A stretch of 64,000 bases of DNA from Candidatus Anderseniibacteriota bacterium (GTDB taxonomy: Bacteria > Patescibacteriota > Andersenbacteria > UBA10190): NCBI GenBank assembly GCA_040900375.1, contig JBBDZC010000003.1:586-64585 (forward strand), read 5' to 3'. The translations under genes were made by a program, and so were the position numbers. Shown in pieces: positions 17,830 to 27,912 of this stretch. Every line of letters begins with the position of its first letter. Position 1 is the stretch's first letter. The notes under the pieces were generated by a model, which did not search any database, was not told where the DNA came from, and was given only the letters and a program-made list of their open reading frames with translations.

Positions 17830-19221
17830 CTAGAGCATAGCGACACTTGCCTTAAACTGGTCGCCCCGATCGAACTCATGTTGAAATAGACCAAAGCTGG
17901 TAGCCGCCGGAGAAAGCAGAACGACGTCGCCGGGTTCTGCGACCGCCTGTGCTTGGGTGACTGCCTCGGCCATAGTGTTGACGGTGAACACGGGAGGTGG
18001 ACTAGCAAATTCACCGACAATTTGTTCCCGGAGGCGGGGTGTGGCATCGCCGGGCAAGAAAATGAGGGCGCGGATCATCACCTGACTCTCAACGCGCGCC
18101 AATTCTTCAAATCGTAGCTTCTTATCGCTCCCGCCTAAAATATGAACAATATGTTTAGTACCCAGGGCGCGGGTTGCCGCAATCGTCGCGTCTGGCATGG
18201 TTGCCGCAGAATCATTGATATAGGTTACTCTGTCCACTACCCGTACCTTTTCTAATCGATGCGCTAGTCCTTGTAAATTACTAACATTGAGTTGAATAGA
18301 AGCAATAGGAATATTACTCATAAAGCCCAAAAGGATTGCTGGTAAAACATTCCGGCGCTCGTGATCACTGGTAAGTTTAAGACTATCCAAGGGAAAGAGG
18401 GTCCCGCCGCCCCGTTTAAGCAACACGGTTACCATGCCACGATCAACACAAATTCCTTCATCCGGTATCTTGTTAGTGAGGCTGTACCAATAGACCTGCC
18501 CCAAACCATTACCCGCCCATTGGCGGAGGCGCTCATCATCTGCGTTAAGCAGGACTCGATCTTCGCGTCGTTGGTAACGAATAATAATTTTCTTAGTCTT
18601 GATATAGTCTTCAAAAGAATCGTATGTATTAAGGTGGTCGCGATAAATAGATGTCACCACCGCGGTGCGCGGACTAATATTATGGTCAGCTAAGGCTTCT
18701 AAACGCCAGCTCGAGAGCTCAAAAACAACCAGTGAATCATGCCGGATGGAAGACAAGGAACCTAACGGAGAGTGACGGTCATCACCTACAGTAATAGTTG
18801 AGGGATACTTAATCTGCAGCAAATGAGCGATCGCATGCACGGTGGTGGATTTACCCTTTGAGCCGGTCACACCAATAATATTTTTAGTGGGGCAAAATTG
18901 AAAGAAGAGGCTACTATCCATCTCGATTGGTACATTTGCTTGGCGGGCTAGTTCGAGGTATTTGGATGTGCGGGGGACACCCGGATTGCGGATAATCAGA
19001 TCAGTCGAGACAAAGTCTTCTTCTCGGTGTTCTCCTAAAACATAGCGTACGTTACGAAAATGCTGTAAAGCAGTTAACGTTGAACGTAGTTCGGCGTCTG
19101 TTTTTAGATCCGTGACGGTAATCCGGGCCTTTCTTTCCACCAGCCAGGCAATGGTGCCAGCCGCTCCGCCATGGAGTCCAAGTCCCATCACTGTTACTTT
19201 TTTCCCTTCCAGGTCTAACAT
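17830..19221 (-). CDS. murD: UDP-MurNAc-L-Ala--D-glutamate ligase
   Basis: MGLGLHG, GVTGSKGKSTT, ELSSWRL, INDSAAT and LLSPAATSF...RGDQF motifs. Confidence 0.96.
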   Translation of the reverse strand: MLDLEGKKVTVMGLGLHGGAAGTIAWLVERKARITVTDLKTDAELRSTLTALQHFRNVRYVLGEHREEDFVSTDLIIRNPGVPRTSKYLELARQANVPIEMDSSLFFQFCPTKNIIGVTGSKGKSTTVHAIAHLLQIKYPSTITVGDDRHSPLGSLSSIRHDSLVVFELSSWRLEALADHNISPRTAVVTSIYRDHLNTYDSFEDYIKTKKIIIRYQRREDRVLLNADDERLRQWAGNGLGQVYWYSLTNKIPDEGICVDRGMVTVLLKRGGGTLFPLDSLKLTSDHERRNVLPAILLGFMSNIPIASIQLNVSNLQGLAHRLEKVRVVDRVTYINDSAATMPDATIAATRALGTKHIVHILGGSDKKLRFEELARVESQVMIRALIFLPGDATPRLREQIVGEFASPPPVFTVNTMAEAVTQAQAVAEPGDVVLLSPAATSFGLFQHEFDRGDQFKASVAML

Positions 19222-19321
19222 AGAAATTCATCCTTATAAGTCCCTGGTGATAACAAGACCTCCTATGTCTTATACATACCTTACAACAAAGAAGTGCCGG
19301 GACGGAAACTGTTTATCTAGT

Positions 19322-19433
19322 TTGACTCTTCGACTCGCGCAAGCTCCACCCTTCAGGGTGGAGATACGCGCGGCTTTAGAGTCAACCCTTAAGCAAGCCA
19401 CGGCCTTTAGACCGTGGAGTCGAATGGGTTGAC
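19322..19433 (+). mobile_element. TTGAC-bounded ~110-bp palindromic element, copy 2
   Basis: Differs from copy 4 at one position; lies between mraY and murD. Confidence 0.85.
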
Positions 19434-19500
19434 AGGTGATTGCCTGCTGCCAAAATCCTGACCTTGAGTTTACTAAAGACGCTGTTTGCTCATACAAGAA

Positions 19501-20577
19501 CTAGGGTACTATTTCTCCTCGGCCAATCAGGCCAATGACCAACCCGACGCCGGCGCTTACGGCTGAAACAATCCAAAACCTCATTGTTACCTTTGTCTCT
19601 GGCCAACCCAAGGCCTCAAAATGATGGTGCAAGGGGGTAGATAAAAATATTTTGCGATTGAATAGTTTTTTAGAGACAGTTTGGATAATAACCGAAGCTG
19701 ATTCCAGCACTAACGGAAAGGCAATAACCGGTAAAACTAAAACAGAATTAGTTAACATTGCAATTACCCCCAACGTAGTGCCTAAACTCATGGCGCCCGT
19801 GTCACCCATAAAGAATCGCGCGGGATAAACATTAAACCACAAAAACGCCAATAAAGATCCACTAATAGCGGCACAGAACATTGCTAACTCAATCTTACCT
19901 ATAGCAAAAGCTAGAGCAGTATAGGCAGCAAAACAGAAAGCCACAATCCCGCCCGCTAAACCATCAAGTCCATCTGCTTCATTCACCGAAAAAGCCGTTG
20001 CCACAATCACGAGCATGAATAAAGGAATATACCACCAACCAATTTCTAGATCAGTGACGCCTGGAATATGAAGAATGCTCCACTCTAGTTTGAAGAAGAA
20101 CCACCACGCGCCAAAAGCCGCGACTACCGTATACAGAATTAATCGTTGCCTCATCTGTAATCCTCCGCCCTGCGGCCCAATTTTATGGACATTAAAGTAA
20201 TCATCAATCAGACCCACAAGCGCCGATGCCACCAAGGCCCCGAGCGGGAGGAGAGTTTGCTTGCGTGTCAAGAAATTGAGCGATTCAATCAATGGGACAT
20301 TCAACACTAAAGCCAGCAGAGAAAATAAAAGAGCCAGAAATAAAACAGTCCCCCAGATGATAATGCCACCACCTACGGGCGTGCCTGCTTTACGAGCATG
20401 GAGCGTGGAGTAAATTGGTGTATCGCCATCGTTTCGAATGCTTTTACCGAAACGATACTTATAGAGGTAATGAGTCAGAAACGGTGTTAAAGCCACCGCT
20501 GTCAGGAAAGTAATGGTGGCGATACTAATAACTCGGGTGACATTGAGCACTAAAAGAGGGTCGGAAAACCTGATCAT
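19501..20577 (-). CDS. mraY: Phospho-N-acetylmuramoyl-pentapeptide transferase
   Basis: KAGTPVGGG, GLIDDY, NEADGLDGL, FMGDTG and PLHHHFE motifs. Confidence 0.97.
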   Translation of the reverse strand: MIRFSDPLLVLNVTRVISIATITFLTAVALTPFLTHYLYKYRFGKSIRNDGDTPIYSTLHARKAGTPVGGGIIIWGTVLFLALLFSLLALVLNVPLIESLNFLTRKQTLLPLGALVASALVGLIDDYFNVHKIGPQGGGLQMRQRLILYTVVAAFGAWWFFFKLEWSILHIPGVTDLEIGWWYIPLFMLVIVATAFSVNEADGLDGLAGGIVAFCFAAYTALAFAIGKIELAMFCAAISGSLLAFLWFNVYPARFFMGDTGAMSLGTTLGVIAMLTNSVLVLPVIAFPLVLESASVIIQTVSKKLFNRKIFLSTPLHHHFEALGWPETKVTMRFWIVSAVSAGVGLVIGLIGRGEIVP

Positions 20578-20648
20578 AGTCGATAAGTGATAGTTTGTTC
20601 ATCTAGCATACGGCAAAAAAATGTTGCTTTACAGAGTACTCTTTGACT

Positions 20649-21590
20649 TCAGAGCCAGGCATAGTTGCGCCAAATCCATTCCACCAGCGTCTTCATGTCT
20701 TGAAACCGTGCTTCACTACCCAGGATAACTGCCCCAATTCTCTGACCTTCGGGACCAGATGTAAACAGCGCTAGATTTTCCCCAGCTTCAACAGTATAGC
20801 CCGTTTTAGCAGCAATAATCGGTAAATAAGTACCGAGCAGTTGATTAGTAGTCTTATAGGTACGCCGCCCCCCTTCTTGGGTCGCTAGTTGCCCTTGCTT
20901 TTGGGAGAGCAAGGGCTGCAAAAGTGGATCGGCAAAAACCAAAGTAAGTAGTCGCCGAATATCTTGCGCCGTAGAATATTGTTCACCACCAGAAAGACCA
21001 GTAGCATTAGCTAATTTTGTATTGAGAAGTCCTTGGGCAAGCGCGTACTGGTTAGCATAATGAACAAAATTTTCTTCCGAGCCAAAACCCGCTACCGCTA
21101 AGCTCACCATCGCATCATTCGCTGAAGCAATTAACCCCGCCGCCAATAACTCTTGCACACTGGCATGTTCACCCGGCAGGAGACGAATATGTGCCCCTGA
21201 ACGCTGGATCGCTTGCGCCTCGGGAGGAATAAGAATCATTGATTCAGCCGATAGCTGGTCGCGGATCACCAAAACCGAGAGTAGCTTACTTAAAGAAGCC
21301 ACCGGTCGCCTGGTATCTACCTCCTTAGCATAAAGTTCTTTACCGGTCGCCACATCCCAAACCAAAGCTGCCTCCGCCGATAACACCACATCTACTGCCT
21401 CCCCTTCCCGAACTGGCTCATGTAAGCTCCTGTCCGGACCTGTTTCCTCATTTGCCCTAACTACACCTTGCTTATCTATCCCCGCTATCCGGGGCACAGG
21501 GGGGGCCATCAGTAATTCCCGACAAGAAAGGGCTGGGTATTGGGTTATAGCGCAGCTAATAGCCAGGAGAGTGATCTCAATAAATGTCAT
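20649..21590 (-). CDS. D-alanyl-D-alanine carboxypeptidase (peptidase S11)
   Basis: SxxK (ASLSK), SxN (SAND) and KTG (KTGYT) motifs. Confidence 0.92.
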   Translation of the reverse strand: MTFIEITLLAISCAITQYPALSCRELLMAPPVPRIAGIDKQGVVRANEETGPDRSLHEPVREGEAVDVVLSAEAALVWDVATGKELYAKEVDTRRPVASLSKLLSVLVIRDQLSAESMILIPPEAQAIQRSGAHIRLLPGEHASVQELLAAGLIASANDAMVSLAVAGFGSEENFVHYANQYALAQGLLNTKLANATGLSGGEQYSTAQDIRRLLTLVFADPLLQPLLSQKQGQLATQEGGRRTYKTTNQLLGTYLPIIAAKTGYTVEAGENLALFTSGPEGQRIGAVILGSEARFQDMKTLVEWIWRNYAWL

Positions 21591-21660
21591 GTCCTATGAT
21601 AATTAGTTGACTGGTGGTGAGGCTAGTAATTGGGTAATTTTATCGTGACTTTGCCGCGAG

Positions 21661-22494
21661 TCAAAATGCCTGCCGTGAGGTACCTGATAGTTGGGCACTA
21701 TGCGGCAACGGCGCACCGCGGTATTTCCAGAAATACTTAAATGCTGAGCGAATATGTTCGCGCGTGGCCCAGTTAGTGATAATACCCATAAGTGTGCCCT
21801 GACTCGTGCGCTGATGAAAATGGGAAAAACGAGCTTGCGGTACATAAGTTACGCGCCATCCGCCTTGCCAGAAGCGGCGACACCAATCCACATCCTCAAA
21901 GTAAAGAAAGAAACGTTCATCCATGCCACCTATTACTTTAACCGCGGCTGCCCGCAGCGCCAGACAAGATCCCATGAGCCAGTCTACGTCTTGCACTTGT
22001 CGGTGATCAAAGTCTTTCATCAGAAAATGATTAATTTCTTTCTTGCCTAAACGAGTTTGCCCTAGCCACGTGCGCCGGTAAAGAATGGTGAGGAGTTTAT
22101 AAAAATGGTAACAAGAGTATTGCACTTTGCCACTCGGCGAGAGTAACTGTCCCCCTGCCACCCCCACATCCGGATGCGCCTGAAGAAACTGTGTGAGAAT
22201 CATAACAGAACCCGGTAGAGCAATAACATCGGGATTCAGCACTAAGTAGAACTGACCTTGGGCCTGGGCTAGCGCCTTATTAACTCCCGCCGCCAATCCC
22301 ATATTTTTAATATTATCAATCACCATAATTTCTGGGAAATCGGCACGGAGGAACGAGACGCTAGTGTCAGATGATCCATTATCAACCACGATAATTTCCG
22401 TGCGAGGAGGTAGTTTTTGTGTGAGCAATGACTCAATACAGGCTTGCGTGAGCGCTCCGGTATTATAGTTAACAATGATAATAGATAGCTTCAT
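21661..22494 (-). CDS. GT2 glycosyltransferase (WbbL-like)
   Basis: IIIVNYN, VVDNGSSD, LNPD and FFLYFEDVDWC motifs. Confidence 0.92.
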   Translation of the reverse strand: MKLSIIIVNYNTGALTQACIESLLTQKLPPRTEIIVVDNGSSDTSVSFLRADFPEIMVIDNIKNMGLAAGVNKALAQAQGQFYLVLNPDVIALPGSVMILTQFLQAHPDVGVAGGQLLSPSGKVQYSCYHFYKLLTILYRRTWLGQTRLGKKEINHFLMKDFDHRQVQDVDWLMGSCLALRAAAVKVIGGMDERFFLYFEDVDWCRRFWQGGWRVTYVPQARFSHFHQRTSQGTLMGIITNWATREHIRSAFKYFWKYRGAPLPHSAQLSGTSRQAF

Positions 22495-22577
22495 GGGTAT
22501 TAGTTAGTTATACCAAGGACGCGGGCGTAAGTAGTAAAACCCCCCTAGCCTATACTCGTTTTGCTCGTGACACAAGC

Positions 22578-23540
22578 TTAGATTTGTTTGAGCACTCCCT
22601 CTCGGCGCTTTCTGTTCATCCGCGGTAAACCAGAAATTACTTCCGGCCATATCTTAAATAGAGAAGGATACAAGAGACTAAGCCCTAAAAAAACTAGACC
22701 ACGCCCGATGATCGCGGGGGAATATTGAAAGATCGTCATGGGGGTGGCATTTTTAGCAATCATCCAGATCCAGTTACGCAGACTGTACCGCGTGCGCGGA
22801 CTCTGAAGACGACGATAAATCAGACGAGGACGTGATCCCCAGTTAAATATTCCGCGCCGACCAAGGGTCCGAGCGTGATGACCAATCAAGACAGGAACAT
22901 AGTGCACTTTCCATCCTGCACGTTGCAGGCGCCAGCCCAAGTCAACATCTTCTTTATACGCGAAGAAGTCTCTGTCATAAAATTCATTACGACCATGTGC
23001 TACTTGTTTAAGCGCCTGCAAGCGATACAGACTGCAAGCGCCAGTTGTAGCAGTTATGGTTGCTCTTGTCGCAAACTGTCCTTTATCTTCCTCGAAGGCC
23101 CCGCGCTCTTTACCATTCAAAGCATAGGTTAAAACAATGCCGGCGGAATCAATCATGGACTTATTATTGATTATCTCCTGCCGCAGTAACTTACCCTGCA
23201 CGGCTCCTAAAGTGGGATCACCTTCCAAAGCTTGAATGAGCACTTGTACCCCTGGCCAGTGTAGGGTGACATCAGGGTCACACGTTAATACATACGGTGT
23301 GGTGCAGCGAATAAATCCTTCATTATGCCCCTGGGCAAATCCAAGATTACGCGGTAAGGCCACAACCTGGGCCCGGGGGAGAAGCTTGCGCACCGTAGCA
23401 ATTGAGTCATCAGTTGAGTGATTATCAATATATCTAATGATGACGTCCGCCAGCGGAACAACGTGTAAAGCGGGCAACGTCTGGGCCAAGACAGAAGAGC
23501 TGTTCCAGCCCACAATTTGAATAGTGAGTTGCGCTGTCAT
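22578..23540 (-). CDS. GT2 glycosyltransferase
   Basis: IDNHSTD, NLGFAQGHN and FFAYKEDVDLGWR motifs; start set to ATG 23540. Confidence 0.9.
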   Translation of the reverse strand: MTAQLTIQIVGWNSSSVLAQTLPALHVVPLADVIIRYIDNHSTDDSIATVRKLLPRAQVVALPRNLGFAQGHNEGFIRCTTPYVLTCDPDVTLHWPGVQVLIQALEGDPTLGAVQGKLLRQEIINNKSMIDSAGIVLTYALNGKERGAFEEDKGQFATRATITATTGACSLYRLQALKQVAHGRNEFYDRDFFAYKEDVDLGWRLQRAGWKVHYVPVLIGHHARTLGRRGIFNWGSRPRLIYRRLQSPRTRYSLRNWIWMIAKNATPMTIFQYSPAIIGRGLVFLGLSLLYPSLFKIWPEVISGLPRMNRKRREGVLKQI

Positions 23541-23593
23541 AGTGAAAGTATTGCTTACGTTATACCAGACTACCGTGTCAAGCTCCATCTTTA

Positions 23594-23726
23594 GAGCTTG
23601 GTGAATGAGGAGTTATTATACTCGGGTGACACCGGGGGGAGGACCCGCCCTTAAGCAGCACCAAGCCTTGCGACTGCGGCCGCAGGGGCGGGGCAGCCGC
23701 TCGATATTTATATTCGCCAAAATCTC
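23594..23726. repeat. Terminal-inverted-repeat element, copy B (133 bp, imperfect ends)
   Basis: Left 37 bp are 32/37 identical to copy A; right end CCGCTCGATA...TATTCGCCAA; different interior. Confidence 0.7.
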
Positions 23727-23748
23727 TAAAGCTAAGACAAGCGCCTAA

Positions 23749-23859
23749 GTCAACCCATTCGACTCCACGGTCTAAAGACCGTGGCTTGTTCAGGGTTGAC
23801 TCTAAAGCCGCGCTTATCTCCACCCTGAAGGGTGGAGCTTGCGCGAGTCGAAGAGTCAA
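23749..23859 (-). mobile_element. TTGAC-bounded ~110-bp palindromic element, copy 3
   Basis: Reverse-oriented, near-identical copy. Confidence 0.85.
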
Positions 23860-23921
23860 TGAAAGCCAGCAATGGCTGCGCGGCGCTTTTCGTGGATAAG
23901 GAAAAGATGTAGCCTTAGAGT

Positions 23922-25541
23922 ATGTCCTTCGCCATTTATTTGCCCTGTACGGTGGGCGCCATTCTTGTTTCTTTGCGGATCCTAGCGCAAATTGAGCTAT
24001 GGCAGCGCAAAGAATACCGCTGGGATCGATTACGCTCCCTGCTCTTTAGTGAGGAAAATCGTGTCTTGTTTCCATCCGGATTACTTGTCGGCATGATTCT
24101 TTTGGATATCGGCTGGCTGGCCTCAATCATGGGTCAAGACGCCGGCGCCAATATGTTAGGCTGGAGTAGTTTATTTTTGTTTCTCGGACAAGACATCGTA
24201 CGCATTCGCGCCCGCGGTCTCTATCGGCCCGAGTTTACCCTTAGGGCTCTCCTTATTCTTGGGTTAGCTGCGCTGTTGACCCTTCTCTACATTCTGACTG
24301 TCTTTATTCCTGAAACACAATTAGCCCTCCAGTGGGCCACGCTTGTAGTTTTTATGCCGGTGATCACTGCCAGCAGTGTCATCGGTGTTAATATTCCCGC
24401 TAAACTACGCCAGCGAAGTATTATTGCCCGCGCCGCTAGCTGGAGAGCTCGCCTAACAAAACTTACTGTCCTTGGCATCACCGGCAGTTTTGGTAAAACA
24501 TCTACCAAATATTTTCTCTCGCAATTGTTTAGTAATCGTTATGACGTTGCGACCACCACTGACCACCGTAATTCAGCCCTCGCTGTGGCTTATGACATGC
24601 TTGCTCAACTGACACCTAAAACTAAGATATATATTGCCGAAATGGGTGCCTATCGTCGCGGCGAGATCAAGGAACTAGCTGAACTTACTCGTCCCAAAAT
24701 TGGTCTAATTACCAACATTGGCAATCAACATGCTGCGCTCTTTGGTTCCTCAACCCAGATACTGCGCACCAAGTGGGAATTAATTGAGACTCTACCCGTC
24801 GGCGGTACTGCGGTTCTCAATGCCAATGATGAGCGGCAAGTTGAACAAGCCAAAGGTATCAGTCAAAAAATAATCTGGTTTTCCACTCGCCCCGAGAGAA
24901 AGGCTAATCTTTCCCAGCCGGTGACAGTTTTTGTTGACCAAGTAAAAATTGCTCCCCGCTCACTTGCCTGTATACTGCACCTTCATAAAATAAAAAAACC
25001 TATCACCGTTAACTTACTAAGTGATGCTATGCTGACAAGTTTAGTAGCCGCTGCCGCAGGCGCTCTCGCCCTTGGCCTGCCACCAAAAGAAATTTTTGCT
25101 CGCATTCCTACTCTGCATTCCTATGCTCGGACAATGGAACTAAGAAACAATAGATTTGGGGCCACGATTATTGATGACAGCTACTCGGCCAATGAGCCAG
25201 GCGCGCAGAATGCTATCGAGCACCTCGCTCGTTTTGCCGAAAATAAAAAGATTATCATCTTGGCGCCCCTAATCGAATTAGGTCCCGAGGCAGCGGCTGT
25301 CCATCACCGTCTGGGAGCTATCTTAGCCGCCAGTCGGGCGCAAGTGTATATTACGGCTAAAACTTATCTTAATTCTATTATTGAGGGTGGTCGCCAAGTA
25401 AATAAAGATTTTAAGCCCCACGTCTATAGTCAGCCCCGTTTATTAGCCCAGGTGTTACGGCAACGGGTTACGGCTGACTCGGTAGTTTTAATTGAAGGGA
25501 GAGTACCCGAGATTGTGCGCATGAGCGTGCTTAACCCCTAA
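23922..25541 (+). CDS. murF: MurF-like Mur ligase with N-terminal membrane domain
   Basis: GITGSFGKTSTK, EMGAYRRGEI, NIGNQH, IIDDSYSAN and ELG motifs; about 160-aa hydrophobic N-terminus. Confidence 0.85.
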   Translation: MSFAIYLPCTVGAILVSLRILAQIELWQRKEYRWDRLRSLLFSEENRVLFPSGLLVGMILLDIGWLASIMGQDAGANMLGWSSLFLFLGQDIVRIRARGLYRPEFTLRALLILGLAALLTLLYILTVFIPETQLALQWATLVVFMPVITASSVIGVNIPAKLRQRSIIARAASWRARLTKLTVLGITGSFGKTSTKYFLSQLFSNRYDVATTTDHRNSALAVAYDMLAQLTPKTKIYIAEMGAYRRGEIKELAELTRPKIGLITNIGNQHAALFGSSTQILRTKWELIETLPVGGTAVLNANDERQVEQAKGISQKIIWFSTRPERKANLSQPVTVFVDQVKIAPRSLACILHLHKIKKPITVNLLSDAMLTSLVAAAAGALALGLPPKEIFARIPTLHSYARTMELRNNRFGATIIDDSYSANEPGAQNAIEHLARFAENKKIIILAPLIELGPEAAAVHHRLGAILAASRAQVYITAKTYLNSIIEGGRQVNKDFKPHVYSQPRLLAQVLRQRVTADSVVLIEGRVPEIVRMSVLNP

Positions 25542-25649
25542 TGAACCAGGGACTTTACCCTTCTCGCCTCATTAGCATTGTCGGCAGCCAGAGCAGAGTA
25601 AATAAGACCCAAGCTTGCAAGTTGAGCCTAAACATGTATAAAGCGCTGT

Positions 25650-26897
25650 ATGCCTCGTCATGAAAATATGTCGCCTATTCTCACCGCTCTCTCGCCCAAT
25701 ACTGAATCAGATGACCGAGTCCGAGCCTGGCAAATACTACAGCGCCCTTGGCGCTGGCATGATGCAAACCAGGTAGCGTCAGTGGAAAAGAAAATATCAG
25801 CATTATTTAATCATCTACCAGCCGTCACCGTCAGCTCGGGACGCCGGGCAATGAGCTATGTCCTTGAAGCTTTCGATATTGGCCAAGGTGATGAAGTAAT
25901 AATCCAAGCCTTTACATGCCTAGCCGTACCGGCAGCCGTGATGTGGACAGGGGCTAAGCCAATATACGCCGATATTGAAGAAACAACTTTCAATTTCGAT
26001 GTAGTTGACATTAGTCGCAAGCTTACCCCTCGCACCAAAGCAATTATTATTCAGCACACGTTTGGTATTCCTGGTCCCCTGGCCACACTCCAAGTTCTCG
26101 CCGCCAAAAATAATATTATTCTAATTGAGGATTGTGCTCATGCTTTGGGCGCTACCTATAACACTGCCCCTGTAGGTACCCAAAGTGATGCTGCCATCTT
26201 AAGCTTCGGCCGCGATAAAGCTTTATCCTCCGTCTTTGGCGGAGCCGTCGTCAGCCGCCACCCACATATTATCGCCCGCATCCGCACTATCCAGACCGCC
26301 TTACCCTATCCGCCTGCTTGGTGGATAATTCAACAATTACTGCACCCTCTCTTCCTGGCAGTGATTAAGCCGCTATATTTCTCCGCCAGCATAGGAAAAA
26401 TTATTTTGGTAATCCTCCAGCGCTTAAGTATCCTTAGTCTGGCAGTTACCCGCTCCGAGAGAGTCGGCGCCCAACCCAATCATGCACGCTGGCGTTATTC
26501 ACCGGCCCTCGCTTATCTTCTCGCGCAACAACTCGATAAACTGGAACGCTTCACTGCTCATCGTCGTAAGATTGCGGCTACCTACGCGAGAGCCCTATCA
26601 TATTCCCCTTCGTTTCCGCCTGCAGCTCAACCAAGTTGGTTGCGCTTTCCCGTCGTCGTTACAGATCGGGCAGCCGCCGTCGCCGCCGCCCGGGCAGCCC
26701 ATATCATGTTAGGTGACTGGTATCAAGATGTTATCATGCCCACAGTTGAAAAGTCGCAAATCAATTATCATCCAGGTTCATGCCCACGCGCCGAAAGTAT
26801 CGCTACCAAAATTATTAATTTACCAACATATCCCGCCTTAACTACTAACCAAGCCGAATGGATTAGTAAAATTGTTGCTCCATATGTCCGACATTGA
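25650..26897 (+). CDS. DegT/DnrJ/EryC1/StrS PLP aminotransferase
   Basis: GDEVIIQAFTC, QHTFG, IEDCAHALG and SFGRDK motifs. Confidence 0.92.
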   Translation: MPRHENMSPILTALSPNTESDDRVRAWQILQRPWRWHDANQVASVEKKISALFNHLPAVTVSSGRRAMSYVLEAFDIGQGDEVIIQAFTCLAVPAAVMWTGAKPIYADIEETTFNFDVVDISRKLTPRTKAIIIQHTFGIPGPLATLQVLAAKNNIILIEDCAHALGATYNTAPVGTQSDAAILSFGRDKALSSVFGGAVVSRHPHIIARIRTIQTALPYPPAWWIIQQLLHPLFLAVIKPLYFSASIGKIILVILQRLSILSLAVTRSERVGAQPNHARWRYSPALAYLLAQQLDKLERFTAHRRKIAATYARALSYSPSFPPAAQPSWLRFPVVVTDRAAAVAAARAAHIMLGDWYQDVIMPTVEKSQINYHPGSCPRAESIATKIINLPTYPALTTNQAEWISKIVAPYVRH

Positions 26898-27912
26898 GGT
26901 TAAACTTATCGTCAGTCAGACAGCATGGGACGCTTTTGTGCTAAGACTCCTGCCGAATACCTTCCTTCAAAGTTGGCAATGGGGACAATTCCAGGAGCAA
27001 CAGGGCGAAATAGCACTCTATCTCGGACTATATCGCGGGCCAGAGCAAATTGGAGCCGCCCTCGTGATCTTAGTCAAGGCCCGCCGCGGTTATCACTACA
27101 TTATTCCTCACGGCCCCCTTTGGCTCTCCCCAGCTGATGTTCGCGGTAGTATTCAAGTAATTGCGACTTTTTTGCGCGCCCATGCCACCACTACTGGGGC
27201 AGTGGGGCTACGAATTGCCCCACTCCTATTGGCTACTCCTGCCCACTACGGCATATTTCGGGAACTTGGTTTTCGGGCAGCGCCACTGCATATTCATACC
27301 GAACTTACCTGGGTACTTGATATTAACGAGTCGCTTGCCCTGCTGCTTAAAGCAATGCGTAAAACTACTCGTCAGGCTATTGCCAAAGCGGCGGCCGCCG
27401 GCGTCACAACAGAAATCATTACCGATGTGATTGGCATAAACCGATTTTGGCCACTCTATGAACAAACCCGTCAACGTCATAAATTTGTTCCTTTTAGTCA
27501 GGAATTTCTTCGGCAACAATTCACAGTTTTCGCTTCCACCGGTAATGCCTATCTAGTCATGGCCCGTTATCGGGGCAGGGATATCGCCGGCGCTATCCTA
27601 ATACAGTACGGCAACACCGTCTTTTATCATCATGGCGCGTCAGTTAATCTCGCCGCTTCGGTATCTGGTGCCCAGTTCACCCAATGGCAGGCGATCCAGG
27701 AAGCCCAGCGGCGGGGGGCTACCCGTTATAACTTTTGGGGGATTGCTCCTGCCGAGCAACCAGACCATCCCTTTACCGGTATTACCGTCTTTAAGAAAGG
27801 TTTTGGTGGCTTTGCTCTTGACTATCTGCATGCCCAAGACTTGCCGCTGACACGAGCTTACTGGAAGTTGTGGGCAGTCGATCATTGGCGTAAATACCGC
27901 CGAGGATTTTAG
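26884..27912 (+). CDS. FemABX family peptidoglycan bridge aminoacyltransferase
   Basis: FLQSWQWG, MRKTTR, YHHGAS, YNFWG and FKKGFGG motifs. Confidence 0.92.
   Translation: MSDIEVKLIVSQTAWDAFVLRLLPNTFLQSWQWGQFQEQQGEIALYLGLYRGPEQIGAALVILVKARRGYHYIIPHGPLWLSPADVRGSIQVIATFLRAHATTTGAVGLRIAPLLLATPAHYGIFRELGFRAAPLHIHTELTWVLDINESLALLLKAMRKTTRQAIAKAAAAGVTTEIITDVIGINRFWPLYEQTRQRHKFVPFSQEFLRQQFTVFASTGNAYLVMARYRGRDIAGAILIQYGNTVFYHHGASVNLAASVSGAQFTQWQAIQEAQRRGATRYNFWGIAPAEQPDHPFTGITVFKKGFGGFALDYLHAQDLPLTRAYWKLWAVDHWRKYRRGF

Noticed and set aside
19429-19460. TTGAC elements as portable -35 promoters
   Set aside because: Three copies end in TTGACA, but a convincing -10 at 16-18 bp is not consistently present, and copies 1 and 2 point antisense to the neighbouring genes.
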